The notes beneath the pieces were generated by a model, which ran no database searches, was not told where the DNA came from, and saw only the letters and a program-made list of their open reading frames with translations. This document shows, one piece after another, positions 1 to 9,990 of a stretch of DNA of 64,000 nt (position 1 is its first letter; each line of letters opens with the position of its first letter). The position numbers were made by a program, and so were the translations under genes. Source of the stretch: an uncultured delta proteobacterium (lineage in GTDB: Bacteria; Myxococcota; Myxococcia; SLRQ01); assembly GCA_963727485.1 (NCBI GenBank), contig CAVSGM010000001.1, positions 1,088,001 through 1,152,000 on the forward strand, read 5' to 3'.

Positions 1-190
1 GGCGGCCCACTATTTCTACCAGCCGAGTGACCCGGAACCGGGTACTGGCTGACCCAGGGGTGTAGAATGACCCGGCGGGCGGCGACCGGCCCCGGGTGAT
101 CAGGGACCCGCAAGTCCCTGAAAACGGGTCCTCCGGACCCCAGGGGAAGAGGAACCCGGGCTGGCGCGCCGATTGCTCCGCTCTCGGCCC

Positions 191-1751
191 ATGATCCCTC
201 CCTCCAGCGACCCCGCGTCCGGCACCCCGTCCTGTCCGGGGCTGCGGCTCCTGCTCGTCGACGACGAGGACCGGATCCTCCGTTCCCTGCGGCGCAGCCT
301 CCGGCGGACCGCCGAGGAGGTCCTCACCGCCCCGAGCGGGGAGGCGGCCCTGGCGATCCTCTCCGAGGATCCTCGGGATCCAGGTCATCGTCTCCGACTT
401 CCGGATGCCGGGGGTGGACGGGGTGGAGCTGCTGCGCCAGGTGAAGGAGCGGTGGCCGGCGATCCAGCGGATCATGCTCACCGGCTACGCCGACCAGCAG
501 GCCATCGAGGACGCCATCAACCGCTCGGAGGTCTACCGGTTCATCGCCAAGCCCTGGGACGACGGGCACCTCCAGATGACCGTGGTCAGCGCCTACGAGC
601 AGTGGCAGCTGGTCGAGGAGAACGCCCGGCTCTTCCACCTCACCCAGGCCCAGAACCAGACCCTCGAGGCCAAGGTCGCCGAGCGAACCCGGATGCTCTC
701 GCTGGCCAAGGCCGAGTGGGAGCTCTCCTTCGACGCCATCGCCGACCCCCTGGCGGTGGTGGGCGCGGACCGCCGGGTGAAGCGCGCCAACCTGGCCTAC
801 GCCCGCGCCGCCGGGGTCGAGGTCCAGGCCGTCCCGGGCCAGCCCTGCCACCAGGTGCTCTTCGGTCGGGACACGCCCTGCGAGGGCTGCCGCCTGGGCG
901 AGGTGCTGCGCACCGGGGAGCAGAGATCGTTCCACTGCGCCGCCGACGAGGACCGGCACTACCGGGTCGACGCCTACCGCCTCCCCCCGGACCCCGAGGG
1001 CGGCGACCGGGCGGTGGTCTACTACCGCGACGTCACCGAGGAGGAGCGGATCACCCGCCAGCTCGTCCAGACCGAGAAGATGGCGGCGGTGGGCCAGCTC
1101 GCCGGGGGCGTGGCCCACGAGATCAACAACCCGCTCGCGGGGATCCTCGCCTTCGCCCAGATGATGCGCACCGATCCCGGGCGCAGCGCCGACGACGACG
1201 AGCAGCTCGCCCTCATCGAGGACTCGGCGCGGCGCTGCACCCGGATCGTCGAGTCGCTCCTCCACTTCAGCCGCACCTCCAGCAGCGAGACCGAGGGCAC
1301 CATCGACGTGGCCCGGCTCTTCCACGACGTGCAGGTCCTCTCGGGCCCGGTGGTCAAGGGCCTGCCCGTGGACCTCGAGTTCACGGTGGCCGACGACCTC
1401 CCCGAGGTCGCCGGGGACACCAACCGCCTGGAGCAGGTGGTGATGAACCTGGTGACCAACGCCGCCCAGGCCCTCGAAGGCCGGGGTCGGATCCGGGTCC
1501 TCGCCGCCCCCACCGGGGACGGCCTGCGGATCACCGTCGAGGACAGCGGCCCCGGGGTCCCCGACGACCTCGTCGCCCGGATCTTCGATCCCTTCTTCAC
1601 CACCAAGCCCGAAGGGGAGGGCACCGGCCTCGGCCTCGCCATCTCCTACCGAATCGTCGAGGCCCACGGCGGAACGCTGGCCGTGGGCACCTCCGAGGCC
1701 CTGGGTGGGGCCTCGTTCACCATCGACCTGCCCGCCGGAGGGACCCCATGA
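191..1751 (+). CDS. Hybrid sensor histidine kinase (REC-PAS-HisKA-HATPase); apparent frameshift near 372
   Basis: N-terminal REC start LLLVDDE (ORF 173 frame) continues as [16 protein letters not shown] in the ORF 405 frame; H-box AHEINNPL, N-box [26 protein letters not shown]. Confidence 0.9.
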
Positions 1752-3220
1752 ACGAACTCGCCCTGGACACGCACCGCGACGCCGAGCTCCCGACCTTCCA
1801 CGACCTCGGCCTCGCCCCCACGGTGCTGGTGGTCGACGACGAGCTGGTGGTCCTCCGGGCCCTGGAGAAGCTCCTCACCCGCGCCGGCGCCCGGGTCATC
1901 ACCCTCGACAACGGGCTGGAGGCGGTGCGCACGGCGCTCGAGGAGGGCGTCGAGGTGGCGCTCCTCGACATCAAGATGCCCCACGTCGGCGGCCTGGAGC
2001 TCCTCGACGAGCTCAAGGACCGGCGCCCGGACCTCGAGGTGGTGATGATGACCGCCCACGCCACCGTGGCCACCGCGGTGCGGTCGGTGAAGAGCGGCGC
2101 CTACGACTACCTCACCAAGCCCTTCCCCGACGTGAACGAGGTGGTGCAGGTGGTCCACCGGGCGGTGGAGCACCGGCGCCTGGCCCAGCGCAACCGCGAG
2201 CTCGAGGACGCCCTCGAGGCCAAGGACAGCTTCGAGGGCATGGTCGGGGTCTCGCCGTCGATGCGCGAGGTGTTCGAGATGGTGGAGAGCGTCGCCTACT
2301 CGACGAGCACCGTGCTCATCACCGGGGAGAGCGGCACCGGCAAGGAGATGGTCGCCCGGGCCCTCCACAACCGCAGCCCCCGGGCGAGCCGGGCCTTCAT
2401 CGCCATCAACTGCACCGCCATGCCCGAGACCCTCCTGGAGTCCGAGCTCTTCGGCCACGTGAAGGGCGCGTTCACCGGGGCGGTGGCCCAGAAGAAGGGC
2501 CTCTTCGAGGCGGCGAACGGCGGGACCCTCTTCCTCGACGAGATCGGCGATCTGCCCCAGACCATCCAGGCCAAGCTCCTGCGCGTCCTCCAGGAGGGCG
2601 AGATCCGCCGGGTGGGGAGCAACGAGACCAGCCAGGTGGACGTACGGGTGGTCGCCGCCACCCACGTGGACCTCGACGCCGCCCGCCGCGACGGCCGCTT
2701 CCGCGAGGACCTCTTCTACCGGCTCAACGTCATCCCCATGCACCTCCCGTCGGTGGCCGAGCGCCGGGAGGACATCCCGCTTCTCGCCCACCACTTCCTC
2801 CGGCGCTTCGTGGCCCGGGAGAAGAAGCGCATCACCGGCTTCACCCACGGGGCCATGGAGGTCCTCACCGGCTACCGCTGGCCCGGGAACGTCCGCGAGC
2901 TGGAGAACGCGGTGCAGCGGGCGGTGGTGCTCTGCCGCGGCGACTCGGTGGACGTCGCCGAGCTCCCCAAGAACGTGGTCCACGCCTCGGAGACCGGCCC
3001 CTCGCCCGAGGCGGCGGCCCTGGCGCGGCTGCCGTTTGCCCAGGCCAAGGAGCTGGCGGTGGAGGCCTTCGAGAAGCGCTACCTCGAGGCGGTGCTCCGC
3101 CGCGCCGACGGGAACATCTCCGAGGCGGCGCGCCTGGCGGAGATGGATCGGTCCAACTTCCGGCGGGTCCTCAAGCGCTACGAGCTCGACGCGGCTCGCT
3201 TCGCGACCGGAAAGGGGTAG
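1748..3220 (+). CDS. Sigma54-dependent response regulator (NtrC/AtoC family: REC-AAA+-Fis HTH)
   Basis: VLVVDDE, Walker A GESGTGKE, ESELFGHVKGAFTGA, LFLDEIGD, WPGNVREL, C-terminal HTH; ATG overlaps the kinase stop. Confidence 0.95.
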   Translation: MNELALDTHRDAELPTFHDLGLAPTVLVVDDELVVLRALEKLLTRAGARVITLDNGLEAVRTALEEGVEVALLDIKMPHVGGLELLDELKDRRPDLEVVMMTAHATVATAVRSVKSGAYDYLTKPFPDVNEVVQVVHRAVEHRRLAQRNRELEDALEAKDSFEGMVGVSPSMREVFEMVESVAYSTSTVLITGESGTGKEMVARALHNRSPRASRAFIAINCTAMPETLLESELFGHVKGAFTGAVAQKKGLFEAANGGTLFLDEIGDLPQTIQAKLLRVLQEGEIRRVGSNETSQVDVRVVAATHVDLDAARRDGRFREDLFYRLNVIPMHLPSVAERREDIPLLAHHFLRRFVAREKKRITGFTHGAMEVLTGYRWPGNVRELENAVQRAVVLCRGDSVDVAELPKNVVHASETGPSPEAAALARLPFAQAKELAVEAFEKRYLEAVLRRADGNISEAARLAEMDRSNFRRVLKRYELDAARFATGKG

Positions 3221-3229
3221 GATTCGGGT

Positions 3230-4204
3230 GTGCCACGGACCTGCCTCGTCATCGACGATTCCCTCACCATCCGCCGCGGCCTGAAGCTGGCCCTCGAGCG
3301 CGCGGAGCTCTTCGACACCCTCCTCGAGGCCCCAGGTGGCGCCGAGGCCCTGGATCTCCTCGCACCCGGTGGCGACCGGGAGGCGGGCCCGGTGGTCGAC
3401 CTGGTCCTCTGTGACCTGGTGATGCCCGGGATCGACGGCTTCGGCTTCCTCGACGCCTTCCGGGCCCACCGCCAGGACACCGACGTCCCGGTCATCGTCC
3501 TCACCGGCCAGGAGACGGTGGAGAAGAAGGTCGAGGCGCTGGACGCCGGCGCCGCCGACTACCTCACCAAGCCCTTCGACCCGGCGGAGCTGGTGGCGCG
3601 GGTGCGGGTGCACCTGAAGGTCAAGCACCTCCGGGACGAGCTCAAGGCGGCCAACGCCCGGCTCCAGGCCCTCTCCACCACCGACGCCCTCACCGGCGCC
3701 GCCACCCGGGCCCACTTCCTGGAGCAGCTCGAGACCGAGCTCGGCCGCGGCCGCCGGCACAACACCCAGGCGGCGGTCCTCCTCCTCGACGTGGATCACC
3801 TGAAGGCCGTGAACGAGACCCACGGCCAGGCGGTGGGCGACCGGGCGCTGGCCGAGGTCTACGAGGTCCTGCGCGCGAGCCTCCGGCGCCACGACGCGGT
3901 GGCCCGCTACGGTGACGCCACCTTCGCGGCGCTCCTGCCCCAGACCGGCCGGGCCGAGGCGGCGGCGGCGGCGGAGAAGCTCCGGGCGGCGGTGAGCCAG
4001 CACGACTTCGCCGAGGCCGAGAGCGTGCCCCTGACCATGAGCGTGGGGGTGGCGACCTTCCCCGACGCCGGCATCGACGACGGGGACACCCTGCTGCGCC
4101 GGGCCGAGGACGCCCTCTTGCGCGCCAAGGAGATGGGGCGCGACCGGGTGGTGATGTGGCTCGGCGAGCTCGACCAGGCGGCGGCCGTGGCGCTCCAGGT
4201 GTGA
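3230..4204 (+). CDS. REC-GGDEF protein with degenerate active site
   Basis: REC (VIDDS, CDLVMPG, KPF); DALTG and DVDHLKAVN..HG..GD; GGDEF position reads GDATF. Confidence 0.9.
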   Translation: MPRTCLVIDDSLTIRRGLKLALERAELFDTLLEAPGGAEALDLLAPGGDREAGPVVDLVLCDLVMPGIDGFGFLDAFRAHRQDTDVPVIVLTGQETVEKKVEALDAGAADYLTKPFDPAELVARVRVHLKVKHLRDELKAANARLQALSTTDALTGAATRAHFLEQLETELGRGRRHNTQAAVLLLDVDHLKAVNETHGQAVGDRALAEVYEVLRASLRRHDAVARYGDATFAALLPQTGRAEAAAAAEKLRAAVSQHDFAEAESVPLTMSVGVATFPDAGIDDGDTLLRRAEDALLRAKEMGRDRVVMWLGELDQAAAVALQV

Positions 4205-4223
4205 GCGGCCGCCGCCTGCGCGT

Positions 4224-6371
4224 CTACTGCACCGTCGGGATCACCGGGGCGCAGCGCAGGGCGATGCCGTCGAGGACCGAGCCCGCGTGCACGCTGACGC
4301 CCTTGGCGACGGTGCCCTGGGGACAGTCGGCGGGACCGAAGGGGGTGCCCGCCAGGGTCCCGACGGTGGTGATGCCGATGGAGGCCGGGTCGTAGCCCAC
4401 GGTGAAGCCGGCGGTCGCGTCGCCCGTGAACGCCAGCGGCGCGCAGTGGACCATGGCCTGCTGGACGAAGGTCCCGTGGAAGGTGCCGGTCCCGGAGCCC
4501 TGGGTCCCGCCCAGACCCACGATGGTCTCGCCGCTCGGGCAGGAGAGGGTCTTGGTGGAGGTGCCGGGGTAGCTGCCCCACGCGCCGGTCGCCGGCAGCC
4601 GGGCGCCGGCGGAGGTGGAGACGGTCCAGCCACCGTTCCCGTCCGAGGTCACCAACACCGTGCCGCACTGCACGCTCACCTGGGTGAGCTCGCCGGTGAA
4701 GTCGGCGGCGTTGGCGACCGAGGCCGTGAGGCTGACGGGCACCTGGCCCGCCGGGCAGTCGTGGAGGGCAACGGTGCCCCCGGTGCCGCCGCCGGCGGGC
4801 GCGGTGGTCGTGGTCTGCAGGGTGGGCGTGCCGCAGGTGAGGCCGAATCGGTCGAGGACGTCCCCGGAGCCACCGGTGATGCCCCGGGCGACCATGCCCG
4901 CGGGGCAGTCGGCCTCGGGCACCGCAACGGGGGCGTCGGTGCCGAGGGTGGTCGCGGCGGTGGTGGTGCCGATGGCGACCCCGAAGCCGGCGGCCTTGGA
5001 GCCCGTCACGGTGAGGGGGGCGCACTGGAGCGTGATCTCGGTGACGTAGGCGCCGGTGCCGGTGAGGTGGGCGCCCGAGTAGCCGACGACCACATGGTCG
5101 GTCGGGCACAGGTGCGTCTCCACGGGGCCGGTGTTCGTGGCGTAGGCCCCCTGCCCCCCGGTCGCCGGCACGGTGGCGCCGGCGGCCAGGGTCACGGAGG
5201 TGCCCGAGACGGTGGGGATCCCGCAGATCACCGCGACGTGGTCGAGGGGACCGCTATACGCGGCCCCGGTGCTGACCTGCCCCTGGATGCCGATCGGGAC
5301 CTGGCCGAGGGGGCAGTCGTCGGTGTAGGCGCTGCCACCGGGGCCGCCCTCCGGCGACGTGGCGTCGGTGTCCGCGACCACCACGGTGGTAGGCCCGCAA
5401 TCGCCGATGTAGCCGCTGGTGCAGGCGCCCGTGGTGCACACGTCGCTCCAGGAGCAGACGTTCCCGGTGAGGCACGTGGTGCCGTCGGTCACCGGCGTCG
5501 CGGCGCAGGTGCCGGAGGTGGCGTCGCACATGCCGGTGTTGCACTGGTCGGAGAGGCCGGTGCAGTCCACCGGGTTGCTGCCGACACAGGTGCCGCTGCC
5601 GTCGCAGGTGTCGCTCTGGGTGCAGGCGTCGCCGTCGTCGCAGGCGGTGCCGGCGGCGACGGGCGTGGCCACGCAGCTGCCGATGGTCGGGTCGCACGCC
5701 GCGGTGTTGCACGCGTCCGCCATGGCGGAGCAGTCCATGATGGTCCCGGCGCAGGTGCCGCCGGTGCACTGGTCACTGGTGGTGCAGGCGTCGCCGTCGT
5801 CACAGGTGGTGCCGTCGGCCACCGGCTGCGCGGTGCAGCTGCCGGTGGTCGCGTCGCACACGCCGGTGTGGCACTGGTCGGTCATGCTGGAGCAGTCCAC
5901 CGCGGTGCCGGCGCAGGTGCCGCCGGTGCACTGGTCGGCGGTGGTGCAGGCGTCGCCGTCGTCACAGGTGGTGCCGTCGGCCTTCGGCTGCGCGGTGCAG
6001 CTGCCCGTGGTGGCGTCGCACACGCCGGTGTTGCAGGCGTCGGTCAGATTCGAGCAGTCCACGGCGGTGCCGGCGCAGGTGCCGCTGGTGCACTGGTCAG
6101 TGGTGGTGCAGGCGTCGCCGTCGTCGCAGCTGGTGCCGTCGGCCACCGGCTGCTTGGTGCAGGCCCCGGTCTTCGGGTCGCAGGCGCCGGTGTTGCACGC
6201 GTCGGTCATGCTGGAGCAGTCCACGCCCGCACAGAGGTTGGTCTGTCCGCCGTCCGTGCCCCCATCGGATCCACCGCCCGGGCCCGTGGCGCTTCCGGGG
6301 CAGCCCGTGCCCAGGGTGAGGAGGAGACCTGCCACGACGAGGGGGAGCACGAGACGGGGGTGGGGGATCAT
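4224..6371 (-). CDS. Lipoprotein with Cys-rich tandem repeats and C-terminal beta-prism (jacalin/VMO-I-like) domains
   Basis: Signal with LGTGC lipobox; repeats CDDGDACT..DQC..GTC; C-terminal GG.GG..CP.G.V..G units. Confidence 0.75.
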   Translation of the reverse strand: MIPHPRLVLPLVVAGLLLTLGTGCPGSATGPGGGSDGGTDGGQTNLCAGVDCSSMTDACNTGACDPKTGACTKQPVADGTSCDDGDACTTTDQCTSGTCAGTAVDCSNLTDACNTGVCDATTGSCTAQPKADGTTCDDGDACTTADQCTGGTCAGTAVDCSSMTDQCHTGVCDATTGSCTAQPVADGTTCDDGDACTTSDQCTGGTCAGTIMDCSAMADACNTAACDPTIGSCVATPVAAGTACDDGDACTQSDTCDGSGTCVGSNPVDCTGLSDQCNTGMCDATSGTCAATPVTDGTTCLTGNVCSWSDVCTTGACTSGYIGDCGPTTVVVADTDATSPEGGPGGSAYTDDCPLGQVPIGIQGQVSTGAAYSGPLDHVAVICGIPTVSGTSVTLAAGATVPATGGQGAYATNTGPVETHLCPTDHVVVGYSGAHLTGTGAYVTEITLQCAPLTVTGSKAAGFGVAIGTTTAATTLGTDAPVAVPEADCPAGMVARGITGGSGDVLDRFGLTCGTPTLQTTTTAPAGGGTGGTVALHDCPAGQVPVSLTASVANAADFTGELTQVSVQCGTVLVTSDGNGGWTVSTSAGARLPATGAWGSYPGTSTKTLSCPSGETIVGLGGTQGSGTGTFHGTFVQQAMVHCAPLAFTGDATAGFTVGYDPASIGITTVGTLAGTPFGPADCPQGTVAKGVSVHAGSVLDGIALRCAPVIPTVQ
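5470..6235 (-). repeat. Intragenic tandem repeat, ~162 bp (54 aa) unit, 4-5 copies
   Basis: gtgcaggcgtcgccgtcgtc recurs near 5620, 5782, 5944, 6107. Confidence 0.85.
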
Positions 6372-6496
6372 GGCTCACTTCTACATCAATTTCCTTGAGA
6401 CATGACAACCCTTGAGTCCCCCGGCTCCGCGCGGCCGTGACTTCGGGAGACCGATGCCTAGTCTCCAGTTGAACCCGACCCGGACGGAGGTCCCGC

Positions 6497-7756
6497 ATGA
6501 CCCACGACACCGCCGCACACGCGTCGGAGATCCGGGACGCCCTGCAGACGCTGGCCAAGCTGCCGGCCGGGGCCCCGGTCGTCTCCGCCTACCTCGACAC
6601 CCACTGGGACGACGAGCAGCAGCGCGAGCGCCTGCGCATCGAGGTGAAGCACCGCGTGCAGCAGATCCGCGACGCCTACCAGGGTCACCCGGACGAGGCC
6701 GGCCTCGAGGCCACCCTCGTCGAGCTCGAGCACCACGTGGACGGGCTGGTGAACCAGGCCGACGACGCCGCCACCGACTTCGACGGGGTGGCGATCTTCG
6801 CCTCGGTGCCCCGGGCGCTGTGGATTGTCTACCGCAGCCGCGTCCCCTTCGAGACCGCGGTCACCGTCTCCGACCGCCCGAGGCTCCAGCCCCTGGCCCG
6901 GCTCCTCGACGACTACCAGAGCGCCTTCGTGGCCCTGGTGGACCCGCGGCGGGTGCGGATCCTGGAGATCGCCCTGGGCGGGGTGGTCGACGCCTCGACC
7001 CTGGAGACCGACTTCCCCCAGCACGTGCAGCTCGGGGGCCACGGCCACGTCCACGGCGCCGGCTCCCCCCGCGGGGGCGCCCTGGCCCAGATCCAGTACC
7101 AGCGCTACCTCAAGGCCCTGAAGACCCAGAACCTCAAGGAGGGTGCCGAGCACCTCCGGCGGCTGATGGTCCACGTCCCCGGCGCCCACCTCATCCTCGG
7201 GGGCGACGCCGAGGCGATGGCGCTCTTCCACGACCAGCTCTCCGCCGACCTCGCCGAGCGGGTCATCGACCGCACCCGCCTCGACGACAACGAGCCGGCC
7301 CACCGGATCCTGGCCCGGGCCCTGGAGATCCTCGAGGACCACGCCCGGGTCCAGGAGACCGAGGGGGTCGACGCCCTGGTCGGCCTCGCCCTCTCGGGGA
7401 ACCTCGGGGTCCTCGGCCCGGAGGACACGCTCATGGCCCTCTCGGAGGGCCGGGTCTACAAGCTCTTCCTCGACGACGCCGAGGACCTGGGCAACGGCAC
7501 CCGGTGCGCCACCTGCGACGCGATCTTCGGCAAGGCCCACCCGGGGTGCCCCTACTGCGGCGGGGTGCTCACCACCGTGGACCTCGCCGAGGAGATGGTC
7601 CACCGGGCGCTCGCCCAGGACGCGGAGGTGGACCACGTGAAGCGCTCACCGCGCCTGGCCCACTTCGGGGGCATGGGGGCCCTGCTGCGCCACGGGCGCC
7701 AGCCGATCAGCGCCGGCCTGGGGCACGCCGAGCACGTCTCCCCGACGGCGCTGTAG
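6497..7756 (+). CDS. Bacterial eRF1-like release factor paralog (baeRF / Vms1-like) with Zn ribbon
   Basis: VVSAYLD, GVAIFAS, LQPLARLLDDY, GG..Q..YQR loop, LILGG, CATC..CPYC, DLAEEMVHRALAQDAEV, GGMGALLR. Confidence 0.85.
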   Translation: MTHDTAAHASEIRDALQTLAKLPAGAPVVSAYLDTHWDDEQQRERLRIEVKHRVQQIRDAYQGHPDEAGLEATLVELEHHVDGLVNQADDAATDFDGVAIFASVPRALWIVYRSRVPFETAVTVSDRPRLQPLARLLDDYQSAFVALVDPRRVRILEIALGGVVDASTLETDFPQHVQLGGHGHVHGAGSPRGGALAQIQYQRYLKALKTQNLKEGAEHLRRLMVHVPGAHLILGGDAEAMALFHDQLSADLAERVIDRTRLDDNEPAHRILARALEILEDHARVQETEGVDALVGLALSGNLGVLGPEDTLMALSEGRVYKLFLDDAEDLGNGTRCATCDAIFGKAHPGCPYCGGVLTTVDLAEEMVHRALAQDAEVDHVKRSPRLAHFGGMGALLRHGRQPISAGLGHAEHVSPTAL

Positions 7757-9092
7757 GCTTCTTGGGGGCACCGTCCGCGGCCTTGGCCGGCGCCGCCCCG
7801 GCGCTCGCCGGCGCCTGGGTGGTGGGCAGCGACCCGGTGTCGTGGAGGCGCACCCCGCGGATGGTCCCGTCGTACCAGGCCATCACCGGGTGCCCGTCGG
7901 CGCCGGGGGCCAGCACCAGGTACGAGCTCATGGCGGCGCCGGCGACGTCGTAGCGCTTCCACCCCTTGGTGAGGTCGCCGTGGGCGTCATCCCGCACCAG
8001 GTAGCGGACGGTGGCGCCCTCGAGGCCCTCGTGGGGGAGGTACTCGTAGGCGAGGATCACCTTTCCGTCCTTGGCCCGGACCACGGCCATGGTGTTGGCG
8101 TCGTCGACCAGGGGCGTGATCTCCCAGGAGCCCGGGTCCTTGCCGGGCCGGGCCATCCGCAGCTGCCGCTTGAGGAGCGCCAGGTAGATGATCACCGGCT
8201 TGCCCGCGTCGTCGAGGAAGACGCCGCTCTTCCACCCGGCGTTGTCCTTGCCGGTGATCTTGTCGACCTTCCACTTGTCGGCGCCGTGCTTCCGGGTGGC
8301 CAGGCGCAGGTCGGAGTTGAACACGTCCCAGTTGGCGTACGACAGGTACCGGGTGCCGTCCTTGGCCCGGGCGTAGCCGAGCACGATGGAGTGGGAGCCC
8401 CCGGCCTTGGGGTCGACGACCCGGTGGGTCCAGGTGGCGTGGACGCCCGCGGCGGTGGGCGGGCGGACGGCCTCCACCAGCTGCTGGTTGCTGGCGTAGT
8501 AGAAGGCGTGGAGGGTGCCGTCGGGATCGGCGACCAGGTGGTCGGCCATGCCAATCTCGGGGCCGTTGTCGATCATCTCGAACATCCAGCCCTTGGCGCC
8601 CTGCCAGGGGGTGCGCGGGTCCTTGGGGTCGACCTTCCCGGGGCCGGCGAAGGTGGCGTAGAGGAGGCGCTGCTTGTCCTGGTTGTAGTAGACGATGCTC
8701 GGGCGGCCCCTCGGGCCCACGGCGATGGCGGTGTACTTCCCCACGGCGCCGTAGGTGTCGACGCGGGTCACGGCGAAGTGGTCGCCGTCCCAGACCGCGT
8801 AGTGGAGCTCGCCGTTGTAGGCGTCGGTGTACGAGAGGTAGGGGCGGCCGCTGGCGTCGAGGGCGAGGCCGGGCCACCAGCCGAGGTCGCCGTCGCGGGG
8901 GGGCACCGAGAGGTCCGAGTGGACCATGGTGCTCCCGCCGGCGTCCCCCTCGGGGAAGGCGGCCTCGACGATCCGCGTCTTCCCCGGCGCCGGGTGGCCG
9001 GCGCGCTTGGGCGCCTGCTGCTCGCAGGTGCACCCCGACCAGCAGAGGGCGGCGACGAGGGGCACGAGGAGGAGGCGCGGCCGGGGTCCCAT
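7707..9092 (-). CDS. Lipoprotein, probable beta-propeller repeat protein
   Basis: Signal LLLVPLVAALCWSGC; repeated LALD..G.P.(L/I).Y blades; similar motifs in 62385..63836; 3' end overlaps the baeRF gene. Confidence 0.65.
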   Translation of the reverse strand: MGPRPRLLLVPLVAALCWSGCTCEQQAPKRAGHPAPGKTRIVEAAFPEGDAGGSTMVHSDLSVPPRDGDLGWWPGLALDASGRPYLSYTDAYNGELHYAVWDGDHFAVTRVDTYGAVGKYTAIAVGPRGRPSIVYYNQDKQRLLYATFAGPGKVDPKDPRTPWQGAKGWMFEMIDNGPEIGMADHLVADPDGTLHAFYYASNQQLVEAVRPPTAAGVHATWTHRVVDPKAGGSHSIVLGYARAKDGTRYLSYANWDVFNSDLRLATRKHGADKWKVDKITGKDNAGWKSGVFLDDAGKPVIIYLALLKRQLRMARPGKDPGSWEITPLVDDANTMAVVRAKDGKVILAYEYLPHEGLEGATVRYLVRDDAHGDLTKGWKRYDVAGAAMSSYLVLAPGADGHPVMAWYDGTIRGVRLHDTGSLPTTQAPASAGAAPAKAADGAPKKPTAPSGRRARRAPGRR

Positions 9093-9129
9093 GACCCGCA
9101 CACATACCACGGGCGGGGGCCGGCGGCGC

Positions 9130-9158
9130 TTGACGCAGCGCGTCCCGGACTCTAAATC
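9130..9158 (+). promoter_or_regulatory. Possible sigma70 promoter
   Basis: TTGACG-N17-TAAATC about 50 bp upstream of ATG 9208. Confidence 0.4.
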
Positions 9159-9207
9159 CCAGGGGCTCGGGTGCCCCAGGCGGTGCCCGCAGCCGGGAGA
9201 TACCAAC

Positions 9208-9702
9208 ATGGCCGACGAGAAGCGCAAGGGCGGGTTCGACTCCGACAGGATGCGGGGTCAGCTCAACGAGATGTGGAAGAACGCCATGGACGGCCTCGAG
9301 GACCTCCGCGAGGTGGTGCTCAAGGCGTCCCAGAACGCCAAGGTCCGCCTCGACGCGACCTTCCTCCGGCGCGAGCGCGACCGCCTCTACCAGCAGCTCG
9401 GCGAGGAGACCTACGCCCTGGCCGAGACCGGGAAGCTCAAGGTCCCGGCGGAGCTGCGCGACACGGTGGACCGGATCCATGCCATCGTGGAGCAGGTCGC
9501 CGCCGCCGACCGGGAGGCCGAGGAGGCCGGCGAGGCGGAGGACGAGGCGCCGGCGCAGGCCGCCGCGTCTCGCCCCAACGGCGCCGCCGAGCCCGCCCAG
9601 GCCGCCCCCAAGAGGGCCGCCAAGGCCAAGAAGAAGACCCCCTCCACCAAGAAGAAGCCGGCCTCCAAGAAGAAGACCACCGGGGGCGACGACGACGCTT
9701 GA
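9208..9702 (+). CDS. Hypothetical coiled-coil protein with Lys/Ala-rich tail
   Basis: GGGAGA RBS before ATG; high GC3; KKKTPSTKKKPASKKK tail. Confidence 0.75.
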   Translation: MADEKRKGGFDSDRMRGQLNEMWKNAMDGLEDLREVVLKASQNAKVRLDATFLRRERDRLYQQLGEETYALAETGKLKVPAELRDTVDRIHAIVEQVAAADREAEEAGEAEDEAPAQAAASRPNGAAEPAQAAPKRAAKAKKKTPSTKKKPASKKKTTGGDDDA

Positions 9703-9728
9703 CGTCCGGGCCGCAAGGTCACTATATT
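9699..9728 (+). promoter_or_regulatory. Sigma70 promoter of tRNA-Ala
   Basis: TTGACG-N18-TATATT followed by a GC-rich discriminator (gcgcggcc). Confidence 0.65.
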
Positions 9729-9772
9729 GCGCGGCCTCCCTGGGGAAGCCCGGGGAAAAGAAAAGGGAATAT

Positions 9773-9849
9773 GGGGATGTAGCTCAGTTGGGAGAGCGCG
9801 TGAATGGCATTCACGAGGTCGTCAGTTGGAATCCCGTCCATCTCCACCA
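9773..9849 (+). tRNA. tRNA-Ala(GGC), T-arm aberrant as read
   Basis: Acceptor GGGGATG/CATCTCC with G3:U70, D-arm AGCTCAGTTGGGAGAGC, anticodon stem CGTGA/TCACG with loop ATGGCAT, encoded CCA. Confidence 0.92.
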
Positions 9850-9853
9850 CCCA

Positions 9854-9893
9854 CGAAGGGGCCGGCCTGAACGGGCCGGCCCCTTCGCCTTTC
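9854..9893 (+). terminator. Intrinsic terminator hairpin after tRNA
   Basis: 14-bp stem CGAAGGGGCCGGCC / GGCCGGCCCCTTCG followed by CCTTT. Confidence 0.75.
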
Positions 9894-9990
9894 CGTCGTG
9901 GCTGTGGCGGCGGCCGTCGCGGGAAGAGGTGACCGGGTGGGGTTCCCGCCGGCCCTGGTCCTGGTAGATTCGTCAAGGGGAGTTGTCCGC

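Noticed and set aside
173..3220. 1015-aa ORF as a single protein
   Set aside because: Chimera of the kinase N-terminus, an off-frame Arg/Gly/Pro stretch and the NtrC-like gene starting at 1748
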